Below the pieces are notes generated by a model. The model was not told where the DNA came from. It searched no databases and worked only from the letters and a program-made list of their open reading frames with translations. From Ruditapes philippinarum (lineage: Eukaryota): a DNA stretch of 64,000 nt. The position numbers were made by a program, and so were the translations under genes. The DNA lies in the NCBI RefSeq assembly GCF_026571515.1, contig NW_026864914.1:248001-312000 (forward strand), in the 5' to 3' direction. The first letter of the stretch is position 1. Each line of letters starts with the position of its first letter. Positions 1-13,100 of the stretch are shown here, in pieces.

Positions 1-59
1 ATTATACATGCACATGTATAAGCAAATGTGATAAGTAATATTATTTAGTATATAAATAT

Positions 60-358
60 ATTAAATATGTATTAATATATATAATACAAGACCTAGTATG
101 TTTTAAATTCATTGACATGCTGAAATTAGACGATAAAAGCCTACTTTTTTATTTTTTTTATTCTTATATATAGGAGATGCATAGATCTTCCTTAGAGATA
201 TTTAAATGTATTAATAATCCATTCTCTTTTTTTATTTAAAAAGGACATACTTATATCTGATCTTGTGATTTCTGTTTAAATGTATTATAAAATTGTTAAT
301 ACTTGTATGACAATGGATATTAGTACATGTCAGCAATAAAGTATCTGTTCTGGTCTGA
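60..358 (+). mobile_element. Degenerate 3' end of an RTE-X-like non-LTR retrotransposon
   Basis: AGACCTAGTATGTTTTAAATTCATTGACATGCTGAAA reads RPSMF/KFIDMLK with one frameshift, matching RPSMFKFTQLLK in the LINE at 16.8 kb. It ends in AATAAA plus a TCTG-type short repeat tail at ~335-358. Confidence 0.55.
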
Positions 359-3300
359 TTATTTTCTAGTAGTTGCTGATATCATTCTTATGGATCTAGT
401 TTGAGAGTGTAATTACACTCTGAAGAGTTTCTTAGTTTCTGTATTTTGTGTGTTGCTACTCCTTGTCAAATTTTACTATAATTTGTTTTGTGAGTGCTTT
501 TAAGAGGTTTGATTAGCAGAAATCACTCAACTGAACATGAAATACCTTATTGTATTCATTTAGGTAATTATAAACTTGTATCATTGTATGTTTTAAACAT
601 ATATCAAAATACATAATGATAGAAATATATAATCAAAATCAAATTGCTAATATTATATTTGTTTCTATTCGTTGTCAAATTGTTCGTTGTCAAATTGTAC
701 AATAAAATATCAAATGTCAGTTTTTAGGGACATTAGGTTTGATGAGCAAAGACCGCACATCTGAATATAAAAAAATTGTTTATTATTATGATGAGGGATT
801 TTAACTTGTGTGTTTAAACCTGACTAGAATTAAAACAAAACAACAATTACGAAGCTGGAACTAAACAGATCAAGTCTCTGTCAGCAGTAAATAACATGGA
901 CAGGCTATATACTGTTGCTAGCTCAATTATCGAAGTTTGATAATGAAATTCCTTAATATTTAAATGAACCATTCAATATTCATAGAGAAATTCAAACTAA
1001 CAGTATTAAACAGCGTATCACAAGGAAAAAGCGTTCAAAGAAATCATGCCTCAAAAATTCAGCCGATCATATCACTTGAAATGCAAATTAATTTCAATGT
1101 AGGTTTTATGTGTTTTGTCAAGCCTTTCTTTTAATCGTCATAGTTGCCGCCAATAAGATGGAAAATACTTTCAATTCTACAATATCGTTACGATATTATT
1201 TAATTAACCACCATTTTGAGGTGATTTAAAACCCAAATCATAAAACTATCTTTTAAATTGCTCAAACTTTACAATTTCAATAAGTTCACGTGTGAACACG
1301 ATATACTCTTTTAACTTGCTATATTCTTGATCACATATAATATACTTCATAGTTGATTTAAATGTGTCTATTTATACACAATTTAAATTATTTAATTTTG
1401 TTTTTCTGTGTGTCTGTAATTTGGTATCGAAACTTTTAGTTCAATCAATTTGGATACATGTATGGTGTATTTTTCGATGTTACTAATCTGAAACTATAGT
1501 GATATTATTATTATTCAACTGATACAATTATAATATATGACAATTTTGATAATCATAACATGCAGTAAATTTCAGATAAATTTAAAGTGACATTATGTTC
1601 ATATTTTCATCGTCAATTTTAGCTGAATTGACTATACATTTCATTTTTTTTAATTTAAACGTTTTAAGATAAATTCTGATGGATATTTACATTCATGTCC
1701 TTATCCCACGTGAGTTATTTATCATTCATGCGAAGTCAATTTTAACGTTGAAAACAATTATTGCAAAATGTTATCTTATTTTGACTTTTACCTGTTTACT
1801 CACTTTATACTTTTAGATATGCATAATGTCATTTTAACAACAATACACTTGAAAGAAATGGAAGTTTAGTTTAATTACTAATGTAAATTTCAATAAAATT
1901 TATCTATGCTTAGTTTTGAAATTAAATCTTGCAATTAATAATATAATAATCATTTCCGTGTCGAGTCTGCTTTCCGGAGCTAATCGATAATGGTTTCACA
2001 TGAGGAAACATAGGGCCTGAACCCACCATAGCTTGCATAAAAGGAAGACTCTTTGACTATGGGCCATCGTACCTTGTATAAAAGACTCTTTGGCAATTGG
2101 CCATCGTTGCCAGAAATAGAATCATTAAAACTCCATTTAGTTAAAGGTAAATTTATCAATAAATGCAACATTTTGTTTGGCAACTGCTTCATGTTAAAAT
2201 TATTATATTGATGCTAAACAAGTTATTTTTCTCAAATACATTATACAAACCTGACTATTACTTCATGCAGATTCAATAGTGATTAGCTAATCAAACTTTA
2301 CATCATAAGAAATCCTTTTTAGAAAGATAAATAATTGATGGAATGATTTTAGGTTTCGGCACCTAGGCTAATATAGTGTTTGTTGTGACTGTACGTCATG
2401 AAGCATATGGTGTTTCTTAAACTTGAACACAATTTCTCATTCTTCAAAACGGATAGAGTAGATTACAGTATATGTTTAATATAAATATGACTAATTGTAT
2501 CATTTGCTTTTCTGTATATAATTTTATTGCATAAAAAACACACACATGTCTGAAACTGATTTTTTTACCTACCGTTTTTTTGAGTTGTGCCCTTGTTTTC
2601 AAAAAACAAAAATGCTTTCATTTAATTTTCAAAAATTAAAGCTTTGAAAATCCATGTGAAATTAAATGAAAAAAATTGATTTAACTGGACATTATTTACA
2701 GAAAATATTTCATTTAATATTCAAAAACAAAATTTACTGGTATGTAAAGTAAATCATTTATTGAAATAAAAATAAGTTTACAAATTTCTCAATATGTCAA
2801 TTAATTGAAAATAGTTTGTTTGGTAACTGTACACTTCTTGTAAAAAAAAACACTATAAAAATCCAGCAGTCGTAAATATCATTGCGAAATAAAAACAAAA
2901 AGCGTAATGCAGACAGAAAAAAGACTTCGAAACAAAATTGCAAAACAATGATTCATCACTCAATAACATCAACAAACATGCAAAAACATAGTAAATACAT
3001 ATTTGTTTTCAACGTAACCTACCTCTCATAAGGAAAAAATGCTTATTTTAAGATAAACAGTAAAATGTGAAAGCGTATCAGGGCAAACAAAATGTGTGGT
3101 AATGAAAAATACATTAAACTTTTTTAGAACGCAATTGTTCAGTTCCGGGTATAAAATAAACCATTAAATTTGCTTCTGAATAACAAAACTTAAACATTTC
3201 ATAAAACAATATAGTTGTGTATCCAGTCAGAAATGAATTATACATTAAGCGGTCCACGTATTTCCGCTTTACAAAAAGATGTTTTCTGTTAGAAAAAATG

Positions 3301-3957
3301 TATATAGCATATTGAATGATAACTTAGATTTGGTGTTTAACATTTATTTAATTAGAAATAATAAACATAATAGATAATAATTTGATAAAACAATCAACAG
3401 TTACAGCAGCAGCGTCAACAACAGTTATGATTAATCAGTTTCGATATAAATATGAATTGAAAGTACTAACTAAACATTTCAACTTTAATTATGTTGACGG
3501 TTTTCATATACAACTGATTCTTTTTATGTAAAACATGCATCTCTCTTTCGTGAATTTAATATATCCTATCCTCTAATTGAAGGCAAGTAATATCATTATA
3601 TATTGAGCTGAGTATCTAAAATAAAATTATAAAACATTAAAAATGAAAAATATCATAATCAATTTGAAACAAAACCGTCTTATTTCTTTTTTATTTATGT
3701 TTTTATTTAATTTCAGAATCTTATTCATTATTAGCCTACGTAAGGTATTGATATTAAAGTTTCTGGGACAATTTTATTCAAATGTGATAACATAACCACA
3801 AGAAAACAAAGCGGTGTATTATCACCATGTTTATGATTTCTGGTCACTTATCATGGGCCGGGTGCTATGTTATTTTGTCTTGTAGATACGTATGTATTGT
3901 AATAGATATGTATATGTCACGATAATAAAATACTTACTTACTTATACATGTATAGTA

Positions 3958-4837
3958 GGATGTTTCTGTCACCAGTTAAACACTTACACTTGTAGTTATC
4001 ACGTTAATTGTTTGACAATCTAGTTAGTTTTCGTTATAATATGATAAATAACTAAATAACAGATTATTACCTGTTTAAATGGTTGAATGAAAATGAATAT
4101 CTATCTCTCAAAAACACATTAAAGTACCCAAAAGTGTGGAAACTTTTCCAATAATTTCCTAACATTAGTGGTTATCTGGAACTTTTTGTACAGCTACCAA
4201 TTAAACATCATATAATTTATAATTATTTTCTGTTCATTTGCATATTTTGAGAGTTATCTTGTAAGGTAAGTAACAGATAATTATAGGTAAGACCAGATGA
4301 ATTTTCATTTACTAGTTACTTAACATTCCTCTGCAAGGGATATGTTCAAAGAATACCTCAGTATATAGTGAATGAAAATTTATTTTGTTGTACACATAAT
4401 TATCTGTTTCTTCATTTAATTACTATCTGAAGCAATAGTATTCAAATATCTGACAATAAACAGATGTGATGTGATATTCAACGGGTATCAGAAATATTCT
4501 CCTAGATAACCGCTTAATGTTTTAGTGAATACTTGGAAAAGCAAGAGATTTGTCCGAACCTGTCAAGCAACTGTTATATATCTAAAACTAAAGAGACAAA
4601 CCAACTACCACAGATGTTTTATGGATAAAAAAAACATTATCTATTATCAAACTGGTTATGACTAGGAGTTTCGGGCACTTTGTTATGTTTTCTCATTGGT
4701 CATTTTACTACTAAAAGGAAAGCATATCTAGTTAAACAGGAAAATATCTGTTATTTATCTTATTAACATGAAAACTAACTAGTTAGTCAGATAATTAAAT
4801 GTGATTATTTTGTGTTGAATTAGTGGCAGGAACATGC
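3958..4837. mobile_element. Degenerate ~880-bp fold-back (palindromic) element
   Basis: Nested inverted arms: GATGTTTCTGTCACCAGTTAAACAC / GTGTTGAATTAGTGGCAGGAACATGC; CTAGTTAGTTTTC / GAAAACTAACTAG; AACATTAGTGGTTATCTGG / CTAGATAACCGCTTAATGTT; AACAGATAATTAT / ATAATTATCTGTT. Centre at ~4340. Confidence 0.7.
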
Positions 4838-7800
4838 GATCGGATAATTGAAATTTATACTCACAACCAGTGTTGAATGATAGAAATATTATTGTATTTT
4901 ATATTAATTTTAGATTTTAATTCAACCCCATTACTGGATAAGATTAATTTTTTGTACTTTGAATGTATGCACGTTTATTAAAGAACCGTTTTGTCTGTAT
5001 CTCTGTACTCAGGCAACATTCATTTAATTCCCAAACACTTGATGATGTTGTACGCATGTATTTATGAGGTTTAAGTGTTAATATTAATTGTAATGTAATA
5101 CAATAACTAATTATATTGGTAGTATTAAGTATCATGCACGACATGGCAAAATGATACATGATTCGACAATATAAATCTATATAAAGCAATCAATAAATTG
5201 TTCTAGAACAAAATACTATAATAAAGATATATGAATGTTCAAACAGAATCTAAAAAAACTTAATCAACATTTGATTTTCAATAACTTTTTACATACAAAT
5301 GGTATATTTCTCATATTTTTTATCAATATTTGAAATACTTATGAAAATTTGCCCATGAACTTTAAACTCGTATGGATGCATATAAAATACACTAAAAGTA
5401 GATCTGAAACATTCACATCATGCAATTGTAAATAATAAATAAATTAAATCTGAAACAAAATAAATTTACTAAATAAATGCGCATTTTGCATTGGTATTCA
5501 CCGTTGTTTGTACAAAGGCATACACGTTATTGTGCTGCTATCTCTACACCGTACAGAAACCCATAAATTAAATGAACGGTGAAATATCTTATCTTAACGG
5601 GAATTAGAAGGTAGCGTTTCTTTCTTTTAACCTAACCATAATGATTGTAGGGAAATATTTTGTTTACAAGTTACTTCACAAAAAAACGTTATATTTATCA
5701 GGATGAAACTAGTATTATACTAGTTTTCAAGGGTTGATCCAAAATAACGAAACTTTTGCTGTTGCTTAGTTACGAATGGTTTAAATTTAGTAAACTTTAT
5801 ATCAAAATAAATCAGCACATTTAATTACTACGATAAGATAGTTAAAGAATATATTTTGTAACAACTGTAAGCGTGCCATGAATGTTTGCTGTTTTTGTTT
5901 TGAATTGAAAACAAAATACGAAATTGTTAAATTTGGGAAAAGTTAAATAAACAAAATGTCCAATTTGCAGATATAAATTAGTAATTTTGAAATGTTATGT
6001 AATATAATTACAACTGAATTTGTAAATGAACTGTTGTTATCTTAATGAATTTACTTGTTAAATAACTACCTCTGTAGTTATCGTTAGGGGATATGAAAAA
6101 AATTATTTTGTTTTCTGAACCAAAGCATTTTCGAAACGTATCGCTGTATTTTCTTTTAAATGTTAAAAGATCTATAATAAACGTTCAAGTAATTTTAACT
6201 TATTAAATGTGTTTAGAAATGCAGATTTCTATATAATTATAACTATTCCATTTGTTAAATCATCTCTAATGGTGGTATTTCTCTATAATAAGTTATTTCT
6301 TAACCTGGCTCGTTGCATCTAGGAAGGCTTATAACATTTTTTTTGCATTGACACAAATGGTTTTGATATGTCTTTGATGTTTTTTTTTTTTTTTTTTTTT
6401 TTTTTCTTTTTGCGATTTTGTTTTCTAATTGGAAAGTCATAAAAATTATTGATTCAAAAAAGTACATGAAAACGTATACCTGTCAACGAAATATTGCTAT
6501 ATTTACTTCAGTCAATAAAATGTTGTGATTTAGAGCTATATCAGAGGAATGTTTAATTTATTATACGTTAATGTATTTGACTAACCGACAATCTTACGAA
6601 ATTCAGTTTATGCTGACATCAGATCTTAGCAATAACTCTGGTGTAGGCAAAGGTGTGTAGTTTCAGCTAACAGTGATTGAATTGCATTTAATTTAAATAT
6701 CTTTTCCTTTCACGTAACGAAGATGAAAAGAAGAACAATATTGTCATTTTTCAAAATGAAACATCCTAAATATATTCACATCTTAATTGGAAAATGTAAT
6801 GTTTTTATGGTGTTATACTGTTTTTAAATATCATAAATGATTGTAACAAGTGACTTTAATTTGACTTTAATTTGAACTTTCTACCCTTCTATAATATTCA
6901 CCTTTAAATTTATATATCTAATCTCTATCAACAATTTTACATTACACAACTTATTGACGAGCCTACAACTTTCATCGGAAACTTGTGTTGAATAATCGAC
7001 CTTCTTTTAACAAGCATTTAAACACTATGTACTTAGTGTTTAATCGGCAGCTTAAAACATGACGATTGTAATTTGAAATTATATAAACCTTAGTGTACTC
7101 AGTAAAAACAATAATGATACTGTGTTGCAAGATGTGTTTAACGTTTTTTTATAATCAGTTTACCTAATCCTACCTGTTTGTATTGTATCTGTTTTTAACG
7201 TACATAATGCGTTGCTATGCAACTAAATGTTACTATGAAATCGGTAAAAGCTGCTCACATTCAATTATTACCCAATTCCAACACATTATTAGGTTAATAT
7301 ATCTTCGTAATTGTTCGCACATTTACTTATGACGTTCATAGATTCAAGTATATCAGTACAAGTATAGACTTGTCATGTGAACATGAATATTTAATTTCTT
7401 TTCCATTTGCATGTTCTTTTAGGGAGAGTGGTCAATTTTGCTCACAGAAACTAGGTTCCGTTTATCAAGTATGTTGAACTTAATGCATTGTGTAATATTT
7501 TATGTAATATTGTAAAAGCTCTATCAATAATTTATTAGGTTATCAATAAAAAACCAGATGATGGAAAAATCTAGAGAGCTTGTTATTGACAGTCTAGAAT
7601 CAAAGAATATTTCTTTGGTTACTTACGTGTATTCATTTTTTTACTAAATATCAAAAATACTTTGATAACTGAATCGAACATGAATATTTTATTATTCCAT
7701 TTAGAAAATTGTTCTTTTTTAGTTTTGATAAAACATGAAAAGAAATAGCATTACTTTCCGCCATCAAACTGCATAAAGATATTGTGCACTGTCTGTATAC

Positions 7801-9565
7801 AGTGTATGTATTGGTTAGTATTTTGTTGAACAATCCAACTTATGTAAAAGATTGAAAGCATAATGGTCGTGAATGTCAAATAAAACAGATGACGGTTACG
7901 CAAAAAATATTTCTTATTCTACAAAAAATACAGTTGAACATTTTGTTAGAGTTCGTTTATTCTGTGTTTTTTAAACCATTTTTGTGCTAAAGACAAATTG
8001 AGACACTTTATAGTAAATCTATATCTAGATAAGAACATACCCACGCGTGAATAACGTGACTTTAAATGTTACTTTACTATTACTGTAATTGCAATCACTA
8101 ATTGTTATTTGCCACACTTGAAATATTTCTTTTGATTCAGCCAGAGATATATGCCTTTGCTTTTATGTATGATCTTAATCACATAAAAGATCATTTTTAT
8201 GTTACAATTCTTCTGTATGGATATCATATTTCCGTTGCTTATTTATATAGGAGGAAAAGAAGAATATACAGTTTGTAATCATAACCCTGAAATGAAAACA
8301 TATCATAGCATAGTTTTTTACATAATGAAAATACGTATTTAACTACAAACAAATAAAATAAATAAAAGGTACATGCCCAACTTCTAGTTTTCAAGAAGAA
8401 CCCCTGAGGTTTTATTGGTTTTGTCACGAAATCTAATACAAAATATTAAAAATAACCATATTCGCAAATTTGAAAAATAAGAATGTATAAAATAAAGTGC
8501 CAAAAGATAGTATTTTATGCTGAATTGTTCCTTGCCTCTTAATCAATGCATAATCCAAAAATAAAAAGGAGCTCTAAAAAACATTCATTCGCATCTAACT
8601 GGTACTCTAGATAAAGCAACTAAAGGCCTCAACAGACGGTAAGATTTTAAAAGTACAATCTTAGATGTACAAGCAAATCTTAATATTTTTGAATTCGTAA
8701 ATCATAATACTAGTTTTACAGTTAAGAACTTGTTTTAATTTGTAATTCTATTTGTACAGACCTGTCACGCTGTCAAGTGACACATTTCCAAATTATCACC
8801 TGATAATGTGTGTAATGAATGACATTTTGGAATAATTAGGGATAGAATGTATACATGGTAATAAGTTTGAGTAAAGATAATGCTGGAAATCGTTTGGGAA
8901 ATCGGATTTGTCGGATGTCCGAATCCAAAATACTTAAAGGAGAGTTATAGACTAAGTTGGGGTTGTTACTGTTTTTTATTATTATTATCAATCTTATTAT
9001 TATTATTATTTTATTTTGAACGGAGGGATTTTCTTGCTGGGATCATTTCTCTTGAACACAAAGCATTTCTTCACCACGGGGAAGGCTTACGGTGCTCAGT
9101 TATTCCATTATTCCAGAAGTACAATGTGCATGCTAATTTCCCAAACGCTCAACTTGCTTTCACGGCCGAACCCTTTGTCCAAATTGTCTACCTTAAAAAC
9201 AATCTCTTTAATTAGTCAATATAAACAATTATTACCTTAAAAGATATTCCAACAATATTTGCGAGGAATCTTTTTGGAGTGAAATGTTTTGAAAGGAAAC
9301 AAGAATATTCATATTATATAAAATTATGGTCTGAATGCACATGTTGTATTGTGTATTGTTTTGAAAATTGTACATCTTATATTTAATTCACGTTGTACAA
9401 CTAAAAAGTACCGTCTGTGGAGGCCTGTTTGACAAGGAATAAATAGGTTAAACACAATACTAGCTACCCAAGAATAAAATCAAGCAAAATCATTATAAAG
9501 TAGTTAAAATACCCACTAATTAAAGAAATAAAGCAATTCTTCACCACTGAGAAGGCAATTCAATA

Positions 9566-10103
9566 TTCTCTCTTATTGTAAATTATACCCTTCTCTTATT
9601 AGTAGATTAGACCCTTCTCTAATGTGTAGATATATCCTTCTCGTATTTGTAAATTAGTCCCTTCCTTAATTTGTAATTAGACCCTTTTCTAATTTGTAGA
9701 TATACCCTTCTCTAATTTGTAAATTAGACCCTTTCTAATTTGTAATTAAAACCTTTCTAATGTGTAGATAAACCCTTCTCTACTTTGTAAATTAGACCCT
9801 TCCTTAATTTGTAATTAGACCCTTTTCTAATTTATAGATAAACCCTTCTCTAATTTGTAAATTAGACCCTTTTCTAATTTGTTATTAAAACCTTTTCTTA
9901 TGAGTAAATATACCCTTCTCTACTTTGTAAATAGACCCTTCCTTAATTTGTAATTAGATCCTTTTCTAATGTGTAGTTATACCCTTCGCTAATTTGTAAA
10001 TTAGACCGTTTTCTAATTTGGTATTGAAAACTTTTCTAATGTGTAGATAGGCCCTTCTCTTATTATGAATTGGACCATTCTCTAATTTGTAAATTAGACC
10101 CTT
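9566..10103. repeat. Minisatellite, ~23-24 bp unit (AATTAGACCCTTCTCTAATTTGTA), about 22 copies with recurring variant order
   Basis: Directly visible tandem array. Confidence 0.95.
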
Positions 10104-13100
10104 GCCAGTCGGAAACAAAGCCTCTTGGAATAAAACTAAACATACAAAAAGCAACAAGAACAACAAAACAAACTTTAAACAAACTAGGAAAACGTTATAT
10201 GCTTAAATCTTTATCTTTCCCTTTTTCAAAATTTTTAAGATATATTATAAAAGGTGGTCAATGAACATTAGTATACTTAAGGTGAAGAATAGTGTTTGAG
10301 CTAACGAATATAAAAAAGTTTTTAATGATATAATATACTGTATAATATAATTTTAAAACTTATTTGTTTCTAACAGTATTCAACCTTTTTTTCTATTTTC
10401 CAAATAATATATTTTAAGCATACTGACCATTCTGTAAGTTTAACTGTTAAGTTTTTTTACCTGTAATTAAATGTCTTAAACTCAGGGCATGTTGTCCAAG
10501 GGACCACGTTGGCAAGTTGGCAATAAAAGCCAATCATGGGTGTTGATGTTGATATGATTTTCATTTTTTTTTATTTATTTATTTGTATCTAGATATAGTA
10601 ATAAAATAACAATAACAATTATATTTACTCTCATAATATTTTCTAAAGAGTAATTTTCTAGAATACCTTTATACATACACACACATTTATGTGATGAAAA
10701 AGGAAATGATGTATTATTATATAGAGGCAGTAATATATACTCGTATCATTATTGTTGCATGACTTTATGTTATATTTTACTGAAAATAATTTTTTATAAC
10801 AAAAATAACCAACATGGCACACTCCAGGGGGAAGTATTTATGAAATTAAACAATGTATCATCTAAACTAATGACGTCACGTAGCGATAATCTAGGATGTC
10901 GTTTTACCACGTGTGTAATTACGTGTGTAATTACATTGGTTAAAGATGGCATATTTTTATTTTGTTTTGACTTTAGGAACTATGATATGCATTATGGTTT
11001 TCTTAAAAATTAAATGAAACCTATTTCCTTATAAAATGACAGAAATACCACGTGGTAAATGATGTAATTTTTATGATATCACTTGCATTATTTTTGCCTC
11101 AGTTCTGTTGTGAAAACTGCTGTAAATGTCTTATTTCTTCGGTAATTTTAATGAGAATTGTCACATGATTAGCGTAATGTTGTTCCCTACCCACAAAAAA
11201 TAAGGATTCTTTTGTCAAATATACAATATAAGTATCATTCGAGAAAGGTAAGTTGTGTACGTGTTTGCATACAACGGTCACGAAATCTGACAGATATCTC
11301 AAATATGAGGAAAGATTTTACATGTGACAAAAGGATGCATCAAGTATGGAAAAGATTTCCGCATAGCATGTCCTGTATTCTATTAAAATTGATGTACATG
11401 ATGTATATAGTATAAAAGTAACAAAAGTATAGGTGGCACGCTCTTGAACGTCCCTTTATCATCAAAACTCTACCTTACTGGTTAAAAATGTAGTCATATT
11501 TTTTTCCTAATAGAATTGAGTTAACATTATTATTTTATTTCTCATATGTCGTTATACATTTTCTACATTGGTTTTCTTGTTGTATCCATTTTTGAATTAC
11601 ATTGTGCTTATTGTTTTATTTTTCAAGTCAGTAATATTTGGTAATGATGACATCAATTAATTAAATCAAAAACACACATATATCTGATAAATCAGTAACA
11701 AAATGATTGATAATTCATTGATAATTAATCGATTATTCATACCAAAAAAGGAACATTATTTTGTTCATAATTCATATCGAAAACTTACATTTATTATTAG
11801 GTTCAATCTAAAAGATTTTCAACATAAAAGTGGATAACAAGATATTTTGAAAATATGTTTTCAAGGAAGTCTTCCTTCTTTCCATTACTTTGAGTGTTTA
11901 AGATTCAGCAAATATAGCATTTTTATCTAACAGATATCTCAGCTACCTATGAAGTCAAGAGTAACCAAACAATGAGCCACGTGTTTTAGGTGCCTTTTTC
12001 CGCATTACTTTATTCAAATAATATAAATCACTTATCGTATTCCACTTTGCGTGTTATGAATGCTTGCTCAAAATTCCCCCTATGTGATATTTATTACATT
12101 AGTAATAAGGAAGTTTTAATCTTTGTTTTTCGCAACTATGAGGAAGAGAAATCTGATTTGATAATTCGTGTACAAAGATAAGCCTGGCAAACAAGGAAAA
12201 TAAAATTCTTAACATGAGATATAGATATAATTAACATAAGTTATAGATTTAACTAACAAGTATCTCAAAAATGTTCTTTCAGACGGTAATACAAGTAAAT
12301 GTTTTAAAGTTAAAGCAATATGTTTGCTACAAAATATTGTTTGAATTAAAAGAGGAAGACTTTCAAAATACCTGTGTGAAAAAAACGAGTTAGTATTTTC
12401 CTCAAGAGCAATTTGCGATTGGACGAAATATAATTGCTAAATGGTTAAAAACCATACTTACAAAAGCATGTTTGTTAAATAACAGTAAAAACTCTTTCTA
12501 GATTTCATAAGGTAAATAAGAAAATATACTTTACTTTTAATATATTTCGTAAAAATATTTCGTTCGATAAAGCTTTATAACCTTAAAAAAATAGTTTGAT
12601 ATATTGATGCGTATTATTCACCTTAAAGAATTTACCTTTTTGCACTAAAGAATCTGTCATACTTTAATCGGCTAAAAACTAAATCATTCAGGTTTTCGTG
12701 AAAACAATGAAAATTGATTTATTACTATACATCAAAACCTAACTTTGAGACAAAAATATTTAACTTGTTTAATGAAGCATTTTCCTTTTTAAACTGATAG
12801 ATTTGTTACTTCTTATTTATAAATGCGCCTTGTTGTTACGAATCAACAAATATCTTTATATTAAATGAAAGCTTATATTATATGAAACAAATTTATCTTT
12901 TTGAAATAATCATTTGATATTTCGCTATCATATTGTTTTATCAGTACTATGTCGCCGTGTCGATAAAGTAGTTTTAGTAATCATTCACCGTGACCTAGTT
13001 GTAAAACTGTTATTGTCAAATAAATTGAGAAAAAAACACTACGTCAATCGATAATGGATATAATAGCCTAAAGGGGCATCCAGTCAAAGGGAAATAATTA

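Noticed and set aside
1980-2192. 70-aa minus-strand ORF in a GC-richer patch
   Set aside because: No recognisable homology; the patch contains a short degenerate duplication (AAGACTCTTTG...GGCCATCGT x2) and is probably a repeat remnant
8880-9240. 111-aa and 74-aa ORFs
   Set aside because: Partly low-complexity (TTA)n, no recognisable domain or splice context
9566-10103. Possible CRISPR-like array
   Set aside because: Head-to-tail minisatellite with no unique spacers and no cas genes, in a eukaryotic context; the same applies to 18812-19022
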